DNA of 64,000 nucleotides from Haliotis rufescens (lineage: Eukaryota). How positions within the stretch are numbered: the first letter of the stretch is position 1; each line of letters opens with the position of its first letter. A program made the translations under genes and the position numbers. The stretch is from the NCBI RefSeq assembly GCF_023055435.1, contig NW_025964179.1:558001-622000 (forward strand), read 5' to 3'. Shown here in pieces: positions 26,501 to 41,500 of the stretch. Below the pieces are notes generated by a model. It ran no database searches. It saw only the letters and a list, made by a program, of their open reading frames with translations, and was not told where the DNA came from.

Positions 26501-29500
26501 TTCACACAGGACATTTCCACACAGGACATATCCCCACAGGACATATCCCCACAGGACATATTCCCACAGGACATATCCCCACAGGACATATCCCCACAGG
26601 ACATATCCCCACAGGACATATTCACACAGGACATATCCACACAGGACATAACCCCACAGGACATATCCACACAGGACATATCCCCACAGGACATATCCCC
26701 ACAGGACATATCCACACAGGACATATCCCCACAGGACATATCCACACAGGACACACTCACACAGGACATATCCACACAGGACATATCCCCACAGGACATA
26801 TTCACACAGGACATATCCACACAGGACATATTCACACAGGACATATCCCCACAGGACATATTCACACAGGACATATTCACACAGGACATATTCACACAGG
26901 ACATATCCACACAGGACATATCCACACAGGACATATTCACACAGGACATATCCACACAGGACATATCCCCACAAGACATATTCACACAGGACATATCCAC
27001 ACAGGACATATCCACACAGGACATATCCACACAGGACATATCCCCACAAGACATATTCACACAGGACATATCCACACAGGACATATCCACACAGGACCCA
27101 CTCACACAGGACATATCCAGACAGGACATATCCCCACAGGACATATCCACACAGGACATATCCCCACAAGACATATTCACACAGGACATATCCCCACAGG
27201 ACATATCCCCACAGGACATATCCACACAGGACATATCCCCACAAGACATATTCACACAGGACATATCCCCACAGGACATATCCCCACAGGACATATCCAC
27301 ACAGGACATATCCCCACAAGACATATTCACACAGGACATATCCCCACAGGACATATCCCCACAGGACATATTCACACAGGACATATCCCCACAGGACATA
27401 ACCCCACTGGACATATCCCCACAGGACATATCCCCACAGGACATATCCCCACAGGACATATTCACACAGGACATAACCCCACTGGACATATCCCCACAGG
27501 ACATATCCACACAGGACATATCCCCACAGGACATATCCCCACAGGACATATCCCCACAGGACATATCCCCACAGGACATATTCACACAGGACATATCCCC
27601 ACAGGACATATCCACACAGGACATATTCACACAGGACATATTCACACAGGACATATCCCCACAGGACATATTCACACAAGACATATTCACACAGGACATA
27701 TCCCCAGGACATATCCACACAGGACATATCCACACAGGACAATTCCTTCACAAACAGGTTAACAGCTACTGAGGCCCAGGCAAGCCTTATAGTGCTGGTT
27801 CAACTATCAATGACGATTTCACTGTCAGAATACTATGTTATAATTTCCATTCTGTATTATTTTCTTAAAGCATGTCTTCTTCACATATGTAGTCCAGAAG
27901 TGGACCAAGGGTACTTTAAAGGGTGGTTTACTTCCCTTCATAAATCTCATTGGGTGCATGGCCCCTGTGGGGATTCTGTGGCCCCTGTAGGGATTCTGTG
28001 GCCCCTGTGGGGATTCTGTGGCCCCAGTGGGGATTCTGTGGCCCCTGTAGGGATTCTGTGGCCCCTGTGGGGATTCTGTGGCCCCTGTGGGGATTCTGTG
28101 GCCCCTGTGGGGATTCTGTGGCACCTGTGGGGATTCTGTGGCCCCTGTAGGGATTCTGTGGCCCCTGTAGGGATTCTGTGGCCCTGTAGGGATTCTGTGG
28201 CCCCTGTGGGGATTCTGTGGCCCCTGTGGGGATTCTGTGGCCCCTGTGGGGATTCTGTGGCCCCTGTGGGGATTCTGTGGCCCCTGTAGGGATTCCGTGG
28301 CACCTGTGGGGATTCCGTGGCCCCTGTGGGGATTCTGTGGCACCTGTGGGGATTCTGTGTCCCCAGGTCCCCAGGCAACTAAATGGATTGGGTGGTCAGA
28401 CTCAGTGGCCTGTTTGATTGTGTTTTGGCATGTCATCAAGGTGTGAACTGATGCACAAATCAGTCGCTGTTTTTTCCGGCCCAGACTCAATTATTTACAC
28501 ATTTTTTACTGCCCTGGGATCCCGGAACAGAAAGATGACACCCATGCCGTCAGTAAAACTGCTGCACGATGGCTGCCTTTAAAGTGTCCAGCCACACTGA
28601 AAACCAGGGCCCCGTGCTCTTAGCGCAAAGATGTTCGTAACCCCCATACTTTAACATAGGTTTGAGACAGTTGTAGATCCAAGATCACTTTGTGGATCGA
28701 GGCCCCGGAGTCTATTCCCCACATGGATACAAAGTGTGCCGCTTGTTCTTGGGTCAACTGTCGTGAAGTGGCTGGAATTTTGCTAAAAGCGACATAAACC
28801 AACGCCATGTCGTATAACTTTGGGACCATATGTCACACATGAAGAGTTTCAATCTTCTCATTTTCATGGAATGGGAATCATTTCTAAACTGAACGGAAAG
28901 ATCGATATATTGATAGAGAAAATCAGCCTGAAGCTGCATCATGCTAACTGATGCAGTGTTTCTGACAACAAAGGTCTGGTGTGGTGGTAATCCTGAAATT
29001 GCTGTCCCAGCAGACAAAGGTGTAATAACACTGGCTCTCCTGTCACCTGTCACTCACACAACTCGGGGCTTTGTTCCCCAATAACATGGACATGGCTTTA
29101 TCAACCTGTCCATAGCACACATGCCAATTCACCAATCTCCTTCAATAGGCCGCTTAGCTGTTGTTGAGCATGTCTGCTAATCTGTATTAAACCAGTGAAC
29201 GCTTTGTCCATATTTGACTCAATGAATTGATGTTATTGTTAGTAAAAAAATTAATGGTTTAATTGTGTTCATGCAAGATGTACCCTGGTATATGTGGCTG
29301 ACCTGAAAATATAATGAAAAAGACACACCAATACCCAAAATATTTTTTGCAAAATTATTGTAATTTTTAGGCCCATACCAGTTTCATCTTGTCCTGCTCA
29401 GAGGCCGATATTCAGCCCCAAGTATGCAGCAAATGTCAGTAAAAATTCCCAAATCTAAAGTAATGTTAATATATTTATAACATTTGTGATGGTTTGGTCA

Positions 29501-32500
29501 GGGTTATTTGTATTTCACTGGTATCAGGACCAGTGAAGAGGAAGTAGTTTATATTTACATATTTGGATACAACGTTATGATAACCTTTCTTAACTGAATG
29601 ACAATTTTTCCCTAATTTACCGGTCAAGGACACTTAGTTTTGTATCCTAGTAAGTTAATCCCTGTCACCAGAACCCTCAGTGAACAGTGACTAAAATAGA
29701 AGAGATAAAACAAGTTTTTTCAGCATAATGTTCCTATTTCATCAAAGTATATTTATTATGTGACCATGTTCAATTTTTTGAGTATTTCAACGATGTATAT
29801 TATTACTAAATGATTCAAACACCGATGTGACCCATGAAGATCCAGGGTATCAACTCATGCTTGTCGTAAGAGGCGACTAACGGGATCAGGTGGTCAGGCT
29901 TGCTGATTTGGTTGATGCATGTCATCGTATCCCAATTGTGTGGATTGTTCCTCGTGATGTCAATCACTGGATTGTCTGGTCCAGACTCGATTATTTACAG
30001 ACCCCCATCATATAGCTGGAATATTTCTGAGTGCAGCGTTCAACAACAAACAGAACAAACAAACAAACAAATCAAACACTGATGTGATGTTTTGTTGTCA
30101 ACATCTAAATAATTATCAGTACAATTCATTATTTGTTTGTGAGCTATACACATACGACTGACATGAAATGTTATAACAGATGCAGAATCACTGATCTTAT
30201 ACAGAAAATACAGATACTATTTACTTGGTATTGTATAAATGTAATAACAACAGATGCAGAATCACTGATCTTGTACAGAAAATACAGATACTATTTACTT
30301 GGTATTGTATAAATGTAATAACAACAGATGCAGAATCACTGATCTTGTACAGAAAATACAGATACTATTTACTTGGTATTGTATAAATGTAATAACAACA
30401 GATGCAGAATCACTGATCTTGTACAGAAAATACAGATACTATTTACTTGGTATTGTATAAATGTAATAACAACAGATGCAGAATCACTGATCTTGTACAG
30501 AAAATACAGATACTATTTACTTGGTATTGTATGTTATAACAACAGATGCAGAATCACTGATCTTATACATAAAATACAGATACTATTTACTTGGTATTGT
30601 ATGTTATAACAACAGATGCAGAATCACTGATCTTGTACAGAAAATACAGATACTATTTACTTGGTATTGTATGTTATAACAACAGATGCAGAATCACTGA
30701 TCTTATACATAAAATACAGATACTATTTACTTGGTATTGTATGTTATAACAACAGATGCAGAATCACTGATCTTATACAGAAAATACAGATACTATTTAC
30801 TTGGTATTGTATAAATGTAATAACAACAGATGCAGAATCACTGATTTTGTACAGAAAATACAGATACTATTTACTTGGTATTGTATGTTATAACAACAGA
30901 TGCAGAATCACTGATCTTATACATAAAATACAGATACTATTTACTTGGTATTGTATAAATGTAATAACAACAGATGCAGAATCACTGATCTTATACATAA
31001 AATACAGATACTATTTACTTGGTATTGTATAAATGTTATAACAACAGATGCAGAATCACTGATCTTATACATAAAATACAGATACTATTTACTTGGTATT
31101 GTATAAATGTTATAACAACAGATGCAGAATCACTGATCTTATACAGAAAATACAGATACTATTTACTTGGTATTGTATAAATGTAATAACAACAGATGCA
31201 GAATCACTGATTTTGTACAGAAAATACAGATACTATTTACTTGGTATTGTATGTTATAACAACAGATGCAGAATCACTGATCTTATACATAAAATACAGA
31301 TACTATTTACTTGGTATTGTATAAATGTAATAACAACAGATGCAGAATCACTGATCTTATACATAAAATACAGATACTATTTACTTGGTATTGTATAAAT
31401 GTTATAACAACAGATGCAGAATCACTGATCTTATACATAAAATACAGATACTATTTACTTGGTATTGTATAAATGTTATAACAACAGATGCAGAATCACT
31501 GATCTTGTACAGAAAATACAGATACTATTTACTTGGTATTGTATAAATGTTATAACAACAGATGCAGAATCACTGATCTTGTACAGAAAATACAGATACT
31601 ATTTACTTGGTATTGTATGTTATAACAACAGATGCAGAATCACTGATCTTATACATAAAATACAGATACTATTTACTTGGTATTGTATAAATGTTATAAC
31701 AACAGATGCAGAATCACTGATCTTGCACAGAAAATACAGATACTATTTACTTAGTGTTATATAAATGTTTTATTTCTGCCATAATTCACAAACTGTCATT
31801 AACAGGAAAGCATCCTATCTTTTTGACATTGTAGCTGCCACAGTATTGATCAGCCCATCAAATGTCAGCGAGGGTCTGTATCAAGTGTTCAAATCTCCGA
31901 GTGTCAGACAAGTACTAGTGTATCATGGAGCTCAGGTGGCCAAGGTTCCGAGGCATCAAATCTCCGTAGGTGTCAGGGGGGTGGGATGAATTCTTGGTTC
32001 CTCCTGATGCTTGGCCTCTTTGATGTCCCTGTTAGTGTGTTTTACCACAGTGGGAACCTACATCAATCAGGGCTCTCCTCCCATGTGAAGGTGACACTGG
32101 TTGATGTCATTAAACACTTCTGTGTTTCATGTCAGGAAGGGGCGGTGTTGTAGCCTAGTGGTTAAAGCATTCGCTCGTCACACCGATGGCCAGGGTTCAG
32201 TTCCTGACATGGGTACAATGTGTGAAGGCCATTTCTGGTGTCCCCCACCATGATATTGCTGGAACATTCCTAAAAGCAGCGTAATATCTCACTCACTCAT
32301 GTCCGGAGGAATGATATGGCCACCCCTCTGTCAGTTAGTGACCATGCATTTGATTGTATTTTGTGGAGGAGGGAATATATATAGTGTGTGGGTGTGTTGG
32401 GTGGCGTAGGCGAGTTGCTCGGATGATGTTTCAAGAAAATACTGGACCCATAGAATTCTGCATTAGGTTTTGCCAATAAAATATTCCGTCTCTGAGAAGA

Positions 32501-35500
32501 ATCTTAACAAGACAAACCCTTATTTGATCTTTTTTTTTTTAAATTTAAAAAACAAAAATTATATTTTTTTTTTATTTGATGATCTTAGTTAGGACTGTTC
32601 AGTATCAGGTTTTGCTATTTGGATATTGTGGGAGTTAAATGTAGTCTGAGCCTTTTTTGCGGAATAATGTTTCAAGTGAACTGACTGACTTTCTGTATCC
32701 GTCTAGATGCTGGTTATTTCTTCATGAAGCTGTCTTGTCTGGCTGCTTCTTCTTCTGGTTGACATCAGGCTGGGTGGCTTTGTAATCGATTCAAAATAGG
32801 CTTAATACATTTGACATGACCCCTCTTTAATGCATTGACCTAACAAAGAGGAGTAGTGTTATAAAGAGGAAGTGTCACACCTGGTGACCTCTGCTGTAAG
32901 AGATACCTGTGTAGTTCATTATACATGTTATGGCTTAGGGGATGGATGGTCAGGACATCTGTTTGTTGGGTGGGGGTGAGGGACTGGGGCAGGAGGAGGA
33001 GATATCACAGTACATTCCCATGTTATAGCGCAGACGAATAAACGGCCGTGTCATTGATTTTGTTGGGGGTGGGATTCAGGGATTGGGGGGTGCTCAAACA
33101 GATATTAGTCATAGAACTGAATCAGTTTGTTCTTTAACGCTGTACTCGTCTTCGTGTTTTCTTGGTTTTTGTTTAACACTGCACTCAGCAATATTCCAGC
33201 TATATGACGCCGGTCTGTATATAATCGAGTCTGGACCAGACAATCCAGTGGTTGACATCATGAGCATCGATCTACGCAATTGGGATACAATGACATAAGG
33301 CTGCACTCTACAGCTATGTAATGGCGGTCGGTATATACTACTCAAAATAAGTTAAGGATCACCCGATTCTTTCATGTTGCTATGGATACCAACTGACTCA
33401 TTCTTAATGTCTCTGCCTAATATGGAAGGAATACTGCTTAACTTATGCTCAACATACACTCCGAGTGGCATAAAACCAGCTCACTCATTTTCAATCAAGA
33501 ACCCAATTTACCTTCATGGAACGATTTGGTTTATTTTCCAGAAAGTATCCAATAATGTATCGACAAGACAACAAAGATAAATTTTGTAAAAACTGGAGAA
33601 GTAATTGTTTCGTAAAGATGGCCATTCAGAAGCAGCTCTCTTGGGATTCTCTCCACGGTCTCGGCCAGGCGTGGCTCTGTGATTAACTCTATGACTGACA
33701 AGTGTCCACATACACAGAGAGCCATTCACTCTGTCATCTGGGGGGAAATTGAAGGGGTTAACCGACCTTTGACATGCTGGCCATCAGTGTGGGGCTTGTA
33801 TTAGAATTCTCTATTTAATTGCAAGGCTGATGTCTTTATTTTCTCTGTCCTTCCTTTGACCTCTACTCATTAAAAATGAGATTTTTCTTTGTTTTCAGTC
33901 TCAAGGACAAAGTTAGTTGGTCTTTGTTTGTGGTCAAGATGCAGGAGGCAAAATATGAAACTAGTAAAATCTTTTCAGGATTTTGAAAGATGAGTTATAA
34001 CAAAAGTGAATTTAAAATTAATTACTTAAGTGTTAAAGAAGTTTGAATGTTACGTTGAAGTATTTATTTCAGCAAACTAGTTGACAATGCCCTTTTGCCT
34101 TGATAATTGTGTAAGCATGTATACTCCTAATTTTTCAAAATTGAAATAAAAATTTTAAAATATGGAGCTGACCATTTAGAGGACCATGATGAGCCCAAAT
34201 CCGGAGAGGAATCAGAGAGCTAACAAATGACTTCGGTTGTACGGTTTACCAAAATCCAAATACAGGGTAAAAAATCTAATCAGAGAAAAGGGGAATATAT
34301 TGTTAAACACATGAATAGAGAACAAAGTAATACAACAATGTCTTTATGATGTGGTTGCCATAGACACCAAACTTGACTTCTGATTGAAATAATTTGAAGA
34401 AAATTGAGTGAGACAGTTGAGGACAATCATCATCCAGAGCTTCACAGACCTCGTGGGGGGGGGGGGGGGGGGGGGGGTCAAGTTTGTCAAGTTTGTCAAC
34501 CCATTTTTTCCACCATTTTGGCTCATTCTGTTACTTCGAGGCAAAGCGAAGCTGAGTCTCCCCTCGATCCTGTCACTGAGGCTTATACTGGAGACTAGTA
34601 ACAGTTTTTGGGGGTCCCTTCCTTTTAAGTGGGGCATGGGGGTGTCAAGTTTGTCAACCCAATTTTTCCACCATTTTGGCTCATTCTGTTACTTCGAGGC
34701 AAAGCGAAGCTGAATCTCCCCTTGATCCTGTCACTGAGGCTTATACTGGAGACTAGTAACAGTTTTTTTTGGTCCCTTCCTTTTAAGTGGGGCATGGTGG
34801 CCCAGTTGGCAAAGGTGCTGCATTTCGCTGTGCAGTGTTGGATCCCTTGCCTGTGCTGGAATGCCATGATTGTGGGTTCAAATCCCGGTTTACCCCGATT
34901 ATGTTTCTAGGTTTGTCAGCTCCATTCCGGGGTTCCACCAAAGTGGTAAATGTCTGAGATCTGCATCACTTCGGACTTTCTCCACTGTTAAGGTAACACG
35001 CTGTGATGAAACTGGAATACTGTTCAAAGCAGCGTTATATCCAACTCACTTACTCACTCCTTTTAATTAGACTAACGCTTAGTTTCTGAAAATATATAAT
35101 TTTGATAGAAACTAACAGCTACATTTAAATTGAAAAAGAACCCCTTTGAGATGGGAGGTTCCTGAATCTGTGTGAAATCTAGACTTGCTTCACTTAGGGC
35201 TACAGCATTGTAGTAAGGGCTGGGCGGAAGGGAAAATAATATGGTTCAGGGACTGTGAGACTGACTACATTTTAAGGTTCAATTCCGGTGGTACCTGACT
35301 GCTATGGACATCACCTCCTGATACATGACCTCGACGTACCCTGTGATATCTAGATTGGAAATGTGCTGAGGAATATCAGACAAGAGTCTAACTTGCAAAG
35401 AAAGAAGGTTCCTTTGTTTTTGATTGATTGAGTTTAATTAATATTGGAATGGATCCATTTCTCATTAATGTGGTTGAGTTTGATGTTAGCAATAGATGCC

Positions 35501-38500
35501 TGCAGGAAAGACTACAAACACCGAGAGATGAAAGGTTTCTTTTTTGATGAGACTGCAAACAAATCCCTTCAGTTAGCTTTGAGCTGATGTGTCTAGTGAA
35601 TTCGTATGATCCTCAAGCACAAGATGATTGGTGGTTGCTGGAGATAGTTTGTCTGTGTATTTCATTTCTACATACTTTTTCTCTTTTCCTTTTCTTTTTA
35701 ACTTTAGTTCTGACACTTCTTTTTTTTCTATTCTTTTTCTTCCTTTACTTTTGTTGGGCTGAGTTGGGTCACTTAACTGCTCAGAGATCAGCTGTTCCTG
35801 GGTTTGTAAGGAGGGGTAGCCTAGTAGGTAAAGCGTTCGCTCGTCACGCCGAAGACCTGGGTTTGATTCTCCACAAGTACAATGTTTGAAGCCCATTTGT
35901 CAGGTGTTTCCCATCATGATAATGCTGGAATATTGCTAAACGCGGCGTAAAACCATACTCACTCAGTATACAACAGATTATACATGAAAATATAATATTT
36001 ATAAAAACTTTGTGTTATTTTTACCTCTAAAGATTTATTATTAACTTTTGTAAGAATCATAGTCTTCTATCAACTTACATTTGTTGCATGTCTTATGGTC
36101 TCACAAAGCACTGTCTGTCAAAAATGCCACACTCTTTTAAAGACTCGTGATTGAACCCGCTCTTGAAATGAGTGAGTGAGTATGGTTTTACGCCCCATTT
36201 AGCAATATTCCAGCAATATCACGGCAGGGGACACCAGAAATGGGCTTCACACATTTCACCCATGTCGGGAAACGAACTCGGGTCTTCGGCGTGACGAGCG
36301 AACGTTTTAACCACTAGGCTACCCGACTGCCCCCTGCTCTTGGAGATAACATTGTAAAATGGTCTTGGGTATTACTGACTATCACATTCAGCAACCTTCG
36401 CACACAGTTATGTCTTTACTTGATAAAATTGCACTTTTTTCAGACTTTCCTAATTCATTATTAGGGGCAGTCGAGTAGCCTAGTGGTTAAAGCGATTGGT
36501 CGTCACACCAAAGACCCGGGTTCGATTCCCGACATGGGTACAATGTGTGAATCCCATTTCTGGTGTCCCCGCCATAATATTGCTGGAATATTGCTAAAAG
36601 TGGCGTAAAACCATACTGACTGACTGACTCATTCATTATTTACACCATTTGAAAGCGTTCTCTTGCCAACTGACAAGCTAGATCTGGAAGACTATAAATA
36701 TCAGCCATGATGTCCTCATTTATTCTTTAAAGGAGCCCATTATAGGCTGGGTGATACTTATGTTTTTTTTGTTGCAACAGTTAGTATGTGTGTTTTAGAA
36801 ATAACCTCCTCTATCTTGGTTGCATTTGTTTAGTTATGGTGTAGGGGTCAACTCATGTTGCCCAGCTGAATATCGACTTTTTTGTTGTACGCATATAATA
36901 GGGAGTCTGTGTCAGCTATTTATGCGACACTCATGTCAGATGTTACAAGGCATGAAATGCTCTGAATACGGATGTAAGTGTGTACTTTTATCTCACCATC
37001 ATCCGTATCTAAGATACACATAAGAAGATCTGTGTTAACGTTTTGTCGCATATGATGGATGAAGTTCTTGACAGCCCGAGGTACTGCTTGCCAACTACTG
37101 TTTCAGTTTTAAGTAAGAACTACTTCCATTAATTTGTGGAAATACTCCCCTAGCTTCTCTTGTCAAGAGTTGCTAGGCAACCCTGTAAAATAATGTATCT
37201 TTCATTTCACTGAATGACAGTCGGAGATGGCTTTCCCAATCAATAAGAGCTGGTTTTGTGCCCGACTCTTGAGCTATTGAGAAATGTGACAGTGTCAATT
37301 TCGCAAGATTGAACACATGCGTGAGACACTGGAATGGGAGAGGGGAAATGAGTGAAGGGATTATACTCATCAATAACGGAATTGATTGGGTGCTGATTTT
37401 GTTGTCTTTAGCACAACTGTGGATGGGGCTGGCGCGTTAGAGCGTTTCTGTGACATAATCCTGGTCAGATAGTATTACATCATGGATTATTATTAGCAAT
37501 ATTGCACAAAAAAACAATATTATTAAATAGAAAACATTTTTATGGGATGGGAGTTTGTAAAGATGGTGTTGTATAACAAGAAGATAAATACTTCTGGGGA
37601 TGCCCTAGATGGGTTCTTAAGGTGTAGAACCTTTGAGAATAGTTAGGCTGGCTGCACTTGTGTCAATTCATACACTCTTAACATAGGATGATTCTGAAAA
37701 AGTTGATTGCCGAGAGGAATATCTTCTGGGTAGAATTGGTCTCCACAGTCTCATGCTTTTGATAACAACGGACTAATGAGGATTACTGTATATGACCATA
37801 GATAAGCCAAATTGTGAAGACCAGAAAAAAGATTCAGTAAAAAGGAATCCGGCTATGTAAAGGTTACACTTTCATCAAACTATATTTCTGTTGGTAAAAA
37901 ACTACATCGTATCGCTTGAGGTGAACGAACAACGCTATTAAAAACTTTACCAATGAAAATGAGAAATTTGCGATTAAACATCACTGTTATGATTTGATGT
38001 AAGTAACTTGTACATCGTCTATGGTATAAATGAAATTGTTGGAATAATTGTGTCTCTGGAGTGAACAATTCACACATGTTGTCTATGGAATCCAGTTCCA
38101 AGGCCCATCCTGCCGTTATAGGGAACATGCTCAGCAAAAGCATGATCAGTTTCCAACAATATTCTAGATACCATCACCCTGCAGACAATTGCCCAGTCAC
38201 GTAGGAGGCAGCAGGCTCAGAAATACTGGCAAGCTCTATCATGTCTATTGTACTGTGGTTTGCTCTGGTAGCCATGTATGACTGAAGATGCTTTTGTGGT
38301 AGATCAGCCTGTCATATCTAGCAGACGTGACTTGTCGGCCATGTTGCTTCCATATCGACTAGTTCTCACTGTGGTTTTGGCATCACAGAGAAGGTATTAT
38401 GTCAGCAAGTGATCTTTTGTTAGTGTGTTAGCATGATTGCTGGGACATGAAATATTCATCCCTGTGTGAGAGTTTATTCAATATTAACACTGACTTGCCT

Positions 38501-41500
38501 GAGGTACATGTATGTGGATACTTTCGTCCCAGTCTGCCTAAATACACACAAGAGATTCTTCTGTGGTCACTGATTGCATCCATGAACACAGCCTTAGAAT
38601 TATTATTTTTAAGTTTGTTTCTTTAACGCTGCGAAAATTCAGCTTTATGACAGTGGTCTGTAAACAATTGAGTTTTGACCACACAATCCATTGATTGACA
38701 TCATGAGCATTTCTCTACACAAACTAGTCCTCAGAGTAGAGAGCTAGTCTTGCTTAAACAAGACAAAAAAAGTTTACTCTTCACATTTTCTGTCCATTAT
38801 ATTCAGTTCTAATATATTGCTCTCACTATAGCTGGAATATTGCTGACTATGGCATTAAACAATATTCATTCAATTATCTGTGTATATTGCAAAACTCTAT
38901 ATTACGTTCCTCAGAACCAGTGGCTACAGTGTGACTTTATATTATTTTACTAGCAATCAGTGGCTAAAGTGTAGCTATATGTTACATTTCTCACACTCAT
39001 TGTCTACAGTGTTACTCTATGCTACATTTCTCGCACTCATTGTCTAAGGTGTTACTATATGTTACAGTTCTAGAAGTCAGTGGCTACAGTGTTACTCTAT
39101 GCTACATTTCTCGCACTCATTGTCTAAGGTGTTACTATATGTTACAGTTCTAGAAATCAGTGTCTACAGTGTTACTCTATGCTACATTTCTCGCACTCAT
39201 TGTCTACAGTGTTACTATATGTTACAGTTCTAGAAATCAGTGTCTACAGTGTTACTATATTTTACATTTCTTCCAATCAGTGGCTACAGTGTTACTGTAT
39301 GTTATGTTATTAGCCACAGTGTTACAATATGTTATGTTCCAGGAACAGTGGCTACAGTGTTAGTATCTGTTATGTTATTAGCTACAGTGTTACTATATAT
39401 TATGTTCCTAGGAACAGTGGCTTCAATATTACTGTATAACATGTCACCACCAACCAGTGGCTACAGTGTTACTATATATTATGTTCCTAGGAACAGTGGC
39501 TTCAATATTACTGTATAACATGTCACCACCAACCAGTGGCTACAGTGTTACTATATATTATGTTCCTAGGAACAGTGGCTTCAATATTACTGTATAACAT
39601 GTCACCACCAACCAGTGGCTACAGTGTTACTATATATTATGTTCCTAGGAACAGTGGCTTTAATATTACTGTATAACATGTCACCACCAACCAGTGGCTA
39701 CAGGGTTACTATATATTATGTTCCTAGGAACAGTGGCTTCAATATTACTGTATAACATGTCACCACCAACCAATGGCTACAGGGTTACTATATGTCATGT
39801 TTGTCTTCCAGGATGTTATGCTCTCAGCCACCACCACACAGTCCCCGCTGGCGCCGGTGTCGTCAGTCTTTACGATGCCCTCTGTCTCGCTGCCCAATGC
39901 TTCAGGAAGCACTCTGGGTCTCTCCGACCATTTGTTCATGTCCGTACCCTCCATAGCAGACACCTCCACAACGTCCTCGGTCACAGACGCCAAATCAGAA
40001 GCAAATGGTGAGTTACAAGGTCAAGGTCAATTGTACCCACCATTGAAGTGACCTTGACTTGAATTGTAAGGTAAAGGTCATTCATTAATTTTCTTCATAA
40101 ATTATGGGATGCATATCACCTGGTTACTTGTTTCCTGAGAACTTGCCCGGATTAACAAATATCTAGGTTAATATATCATTGGTGTGGAAAAACATCCCTT
40201 TGTCTCAATATAAAGATACTGTAGTATGTATGCACAGTATCTGTCATAGAAAACAGCCAAATAGCTACTTGTCTGCTAGTCACACGATTGCCCATGTTTG
40301 AATAAAGATAAAGCTTCTGAAACTTCAGTGTATGCGTGATCAGATTGTTTTATAGTGTAGGGAAGTGTATCTAAATACTTTTTTGTCAGCTCTCCGTTCA
40401 AACAATTCACAGTCAAACATTGTGTACTCATCTCTTGAGACTTACAGTGGGTACGGGTAGGGTCGGGTAATAGGGGGTTGGGTACCCGGGTAGGGTCGGG
40501 TAATAGGGGGTTGGGTACCCGGGTAGGGTCGGGTAATAGGGGGTTGGGTACCCGAGTAGGGTCGGGTAATAGGGGGTTGGGTACCCGGGTAGGTTCGAGT
40601 AATAGGGGGTTGGTTACCCGGGTAGGGTCGGGTAATAGGGGGTTGGGTACCTGAGTAGGGTCGGGTAATAGGTGGTTGGGTACCCGAGTAGGGTAGGGTA
40701 ATAGGTGGTTGGGTACCCAGGTAGGGTCGGGTAATAGGGGGTTGGGTACCCGGGTAGACTCGGGTAATAGGGGGTGGGGTAACCGGGTAGGTTCGAGTAA
40801 TAGGGGGTTGGGTCCCCGGGTAGGGTCGGGTAATAGGGGGTTGGGTACCCGGGTAGGGTCGGGTAATAGGGGGTTGGGTACCCGGTTAGTAAATATGGAC
40901 TTGTCCCAGCCCATTGGGCCAGGCTGGATTATCGTATATTGGTTCATGCTTTTAATCAGGGGTGGTCAGGTTACCTAGTGTTGAAAGAGTTCCCTCGTCA
41001 CATCGAAGACCCGGGTTCAATTCCCGACGTGGATACAATGTGTGAAGCCCATTTCTAGTGTCCCCTGCCGTGATGTTGCTGGAATATTGCTAAAAGCGGC
41101 GTAAAACCATACTCACTAACTCATGCTTTTAATCAAATTTGTAAGTCAAATGCTTGCTGAGATAACTCTTTGTGTTGTAAAAATGATCAAGTCAAATTTG
41201 CAACCTATTTCATTCTTGTTTTTGTGTATCATTGTAATTTGTGTCGAAGTATAGGAGTCAGCGTGTGATAATTTTGATGAGCTAGTTTGGATTAAGTACA
41301 ACTTAACTATTTCACTATTTTGTAATTAGAACAAGACAAACTACAGATCTTTTGTATAGTTTCTGTTTTATATAACAACTCAATAATTGAAGCAAATGAG
41401 CTTTTGTGATTGGGTTTGAGACTTTGCCAGAGCATCTTGTGATGATCTTGTTGATATTTGGACTTTTTATCGTGTAGGTGCAATCCACTCATTATCGGGT

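Noticed and set aside
26209-27772. Three ~500 aa ORFs (DMSCG, QDISP and YVLWG repeats)
   Set aside because: 15-bp minisatellite open in several frames, intronic, with no independent coding evidence.
40276-40947. 223 aa Pro-rich ORF (PDPTRVPNPLL)n
   Set aside because: Antisense translation of the 33-bp G-rich repeat inside a MITE.
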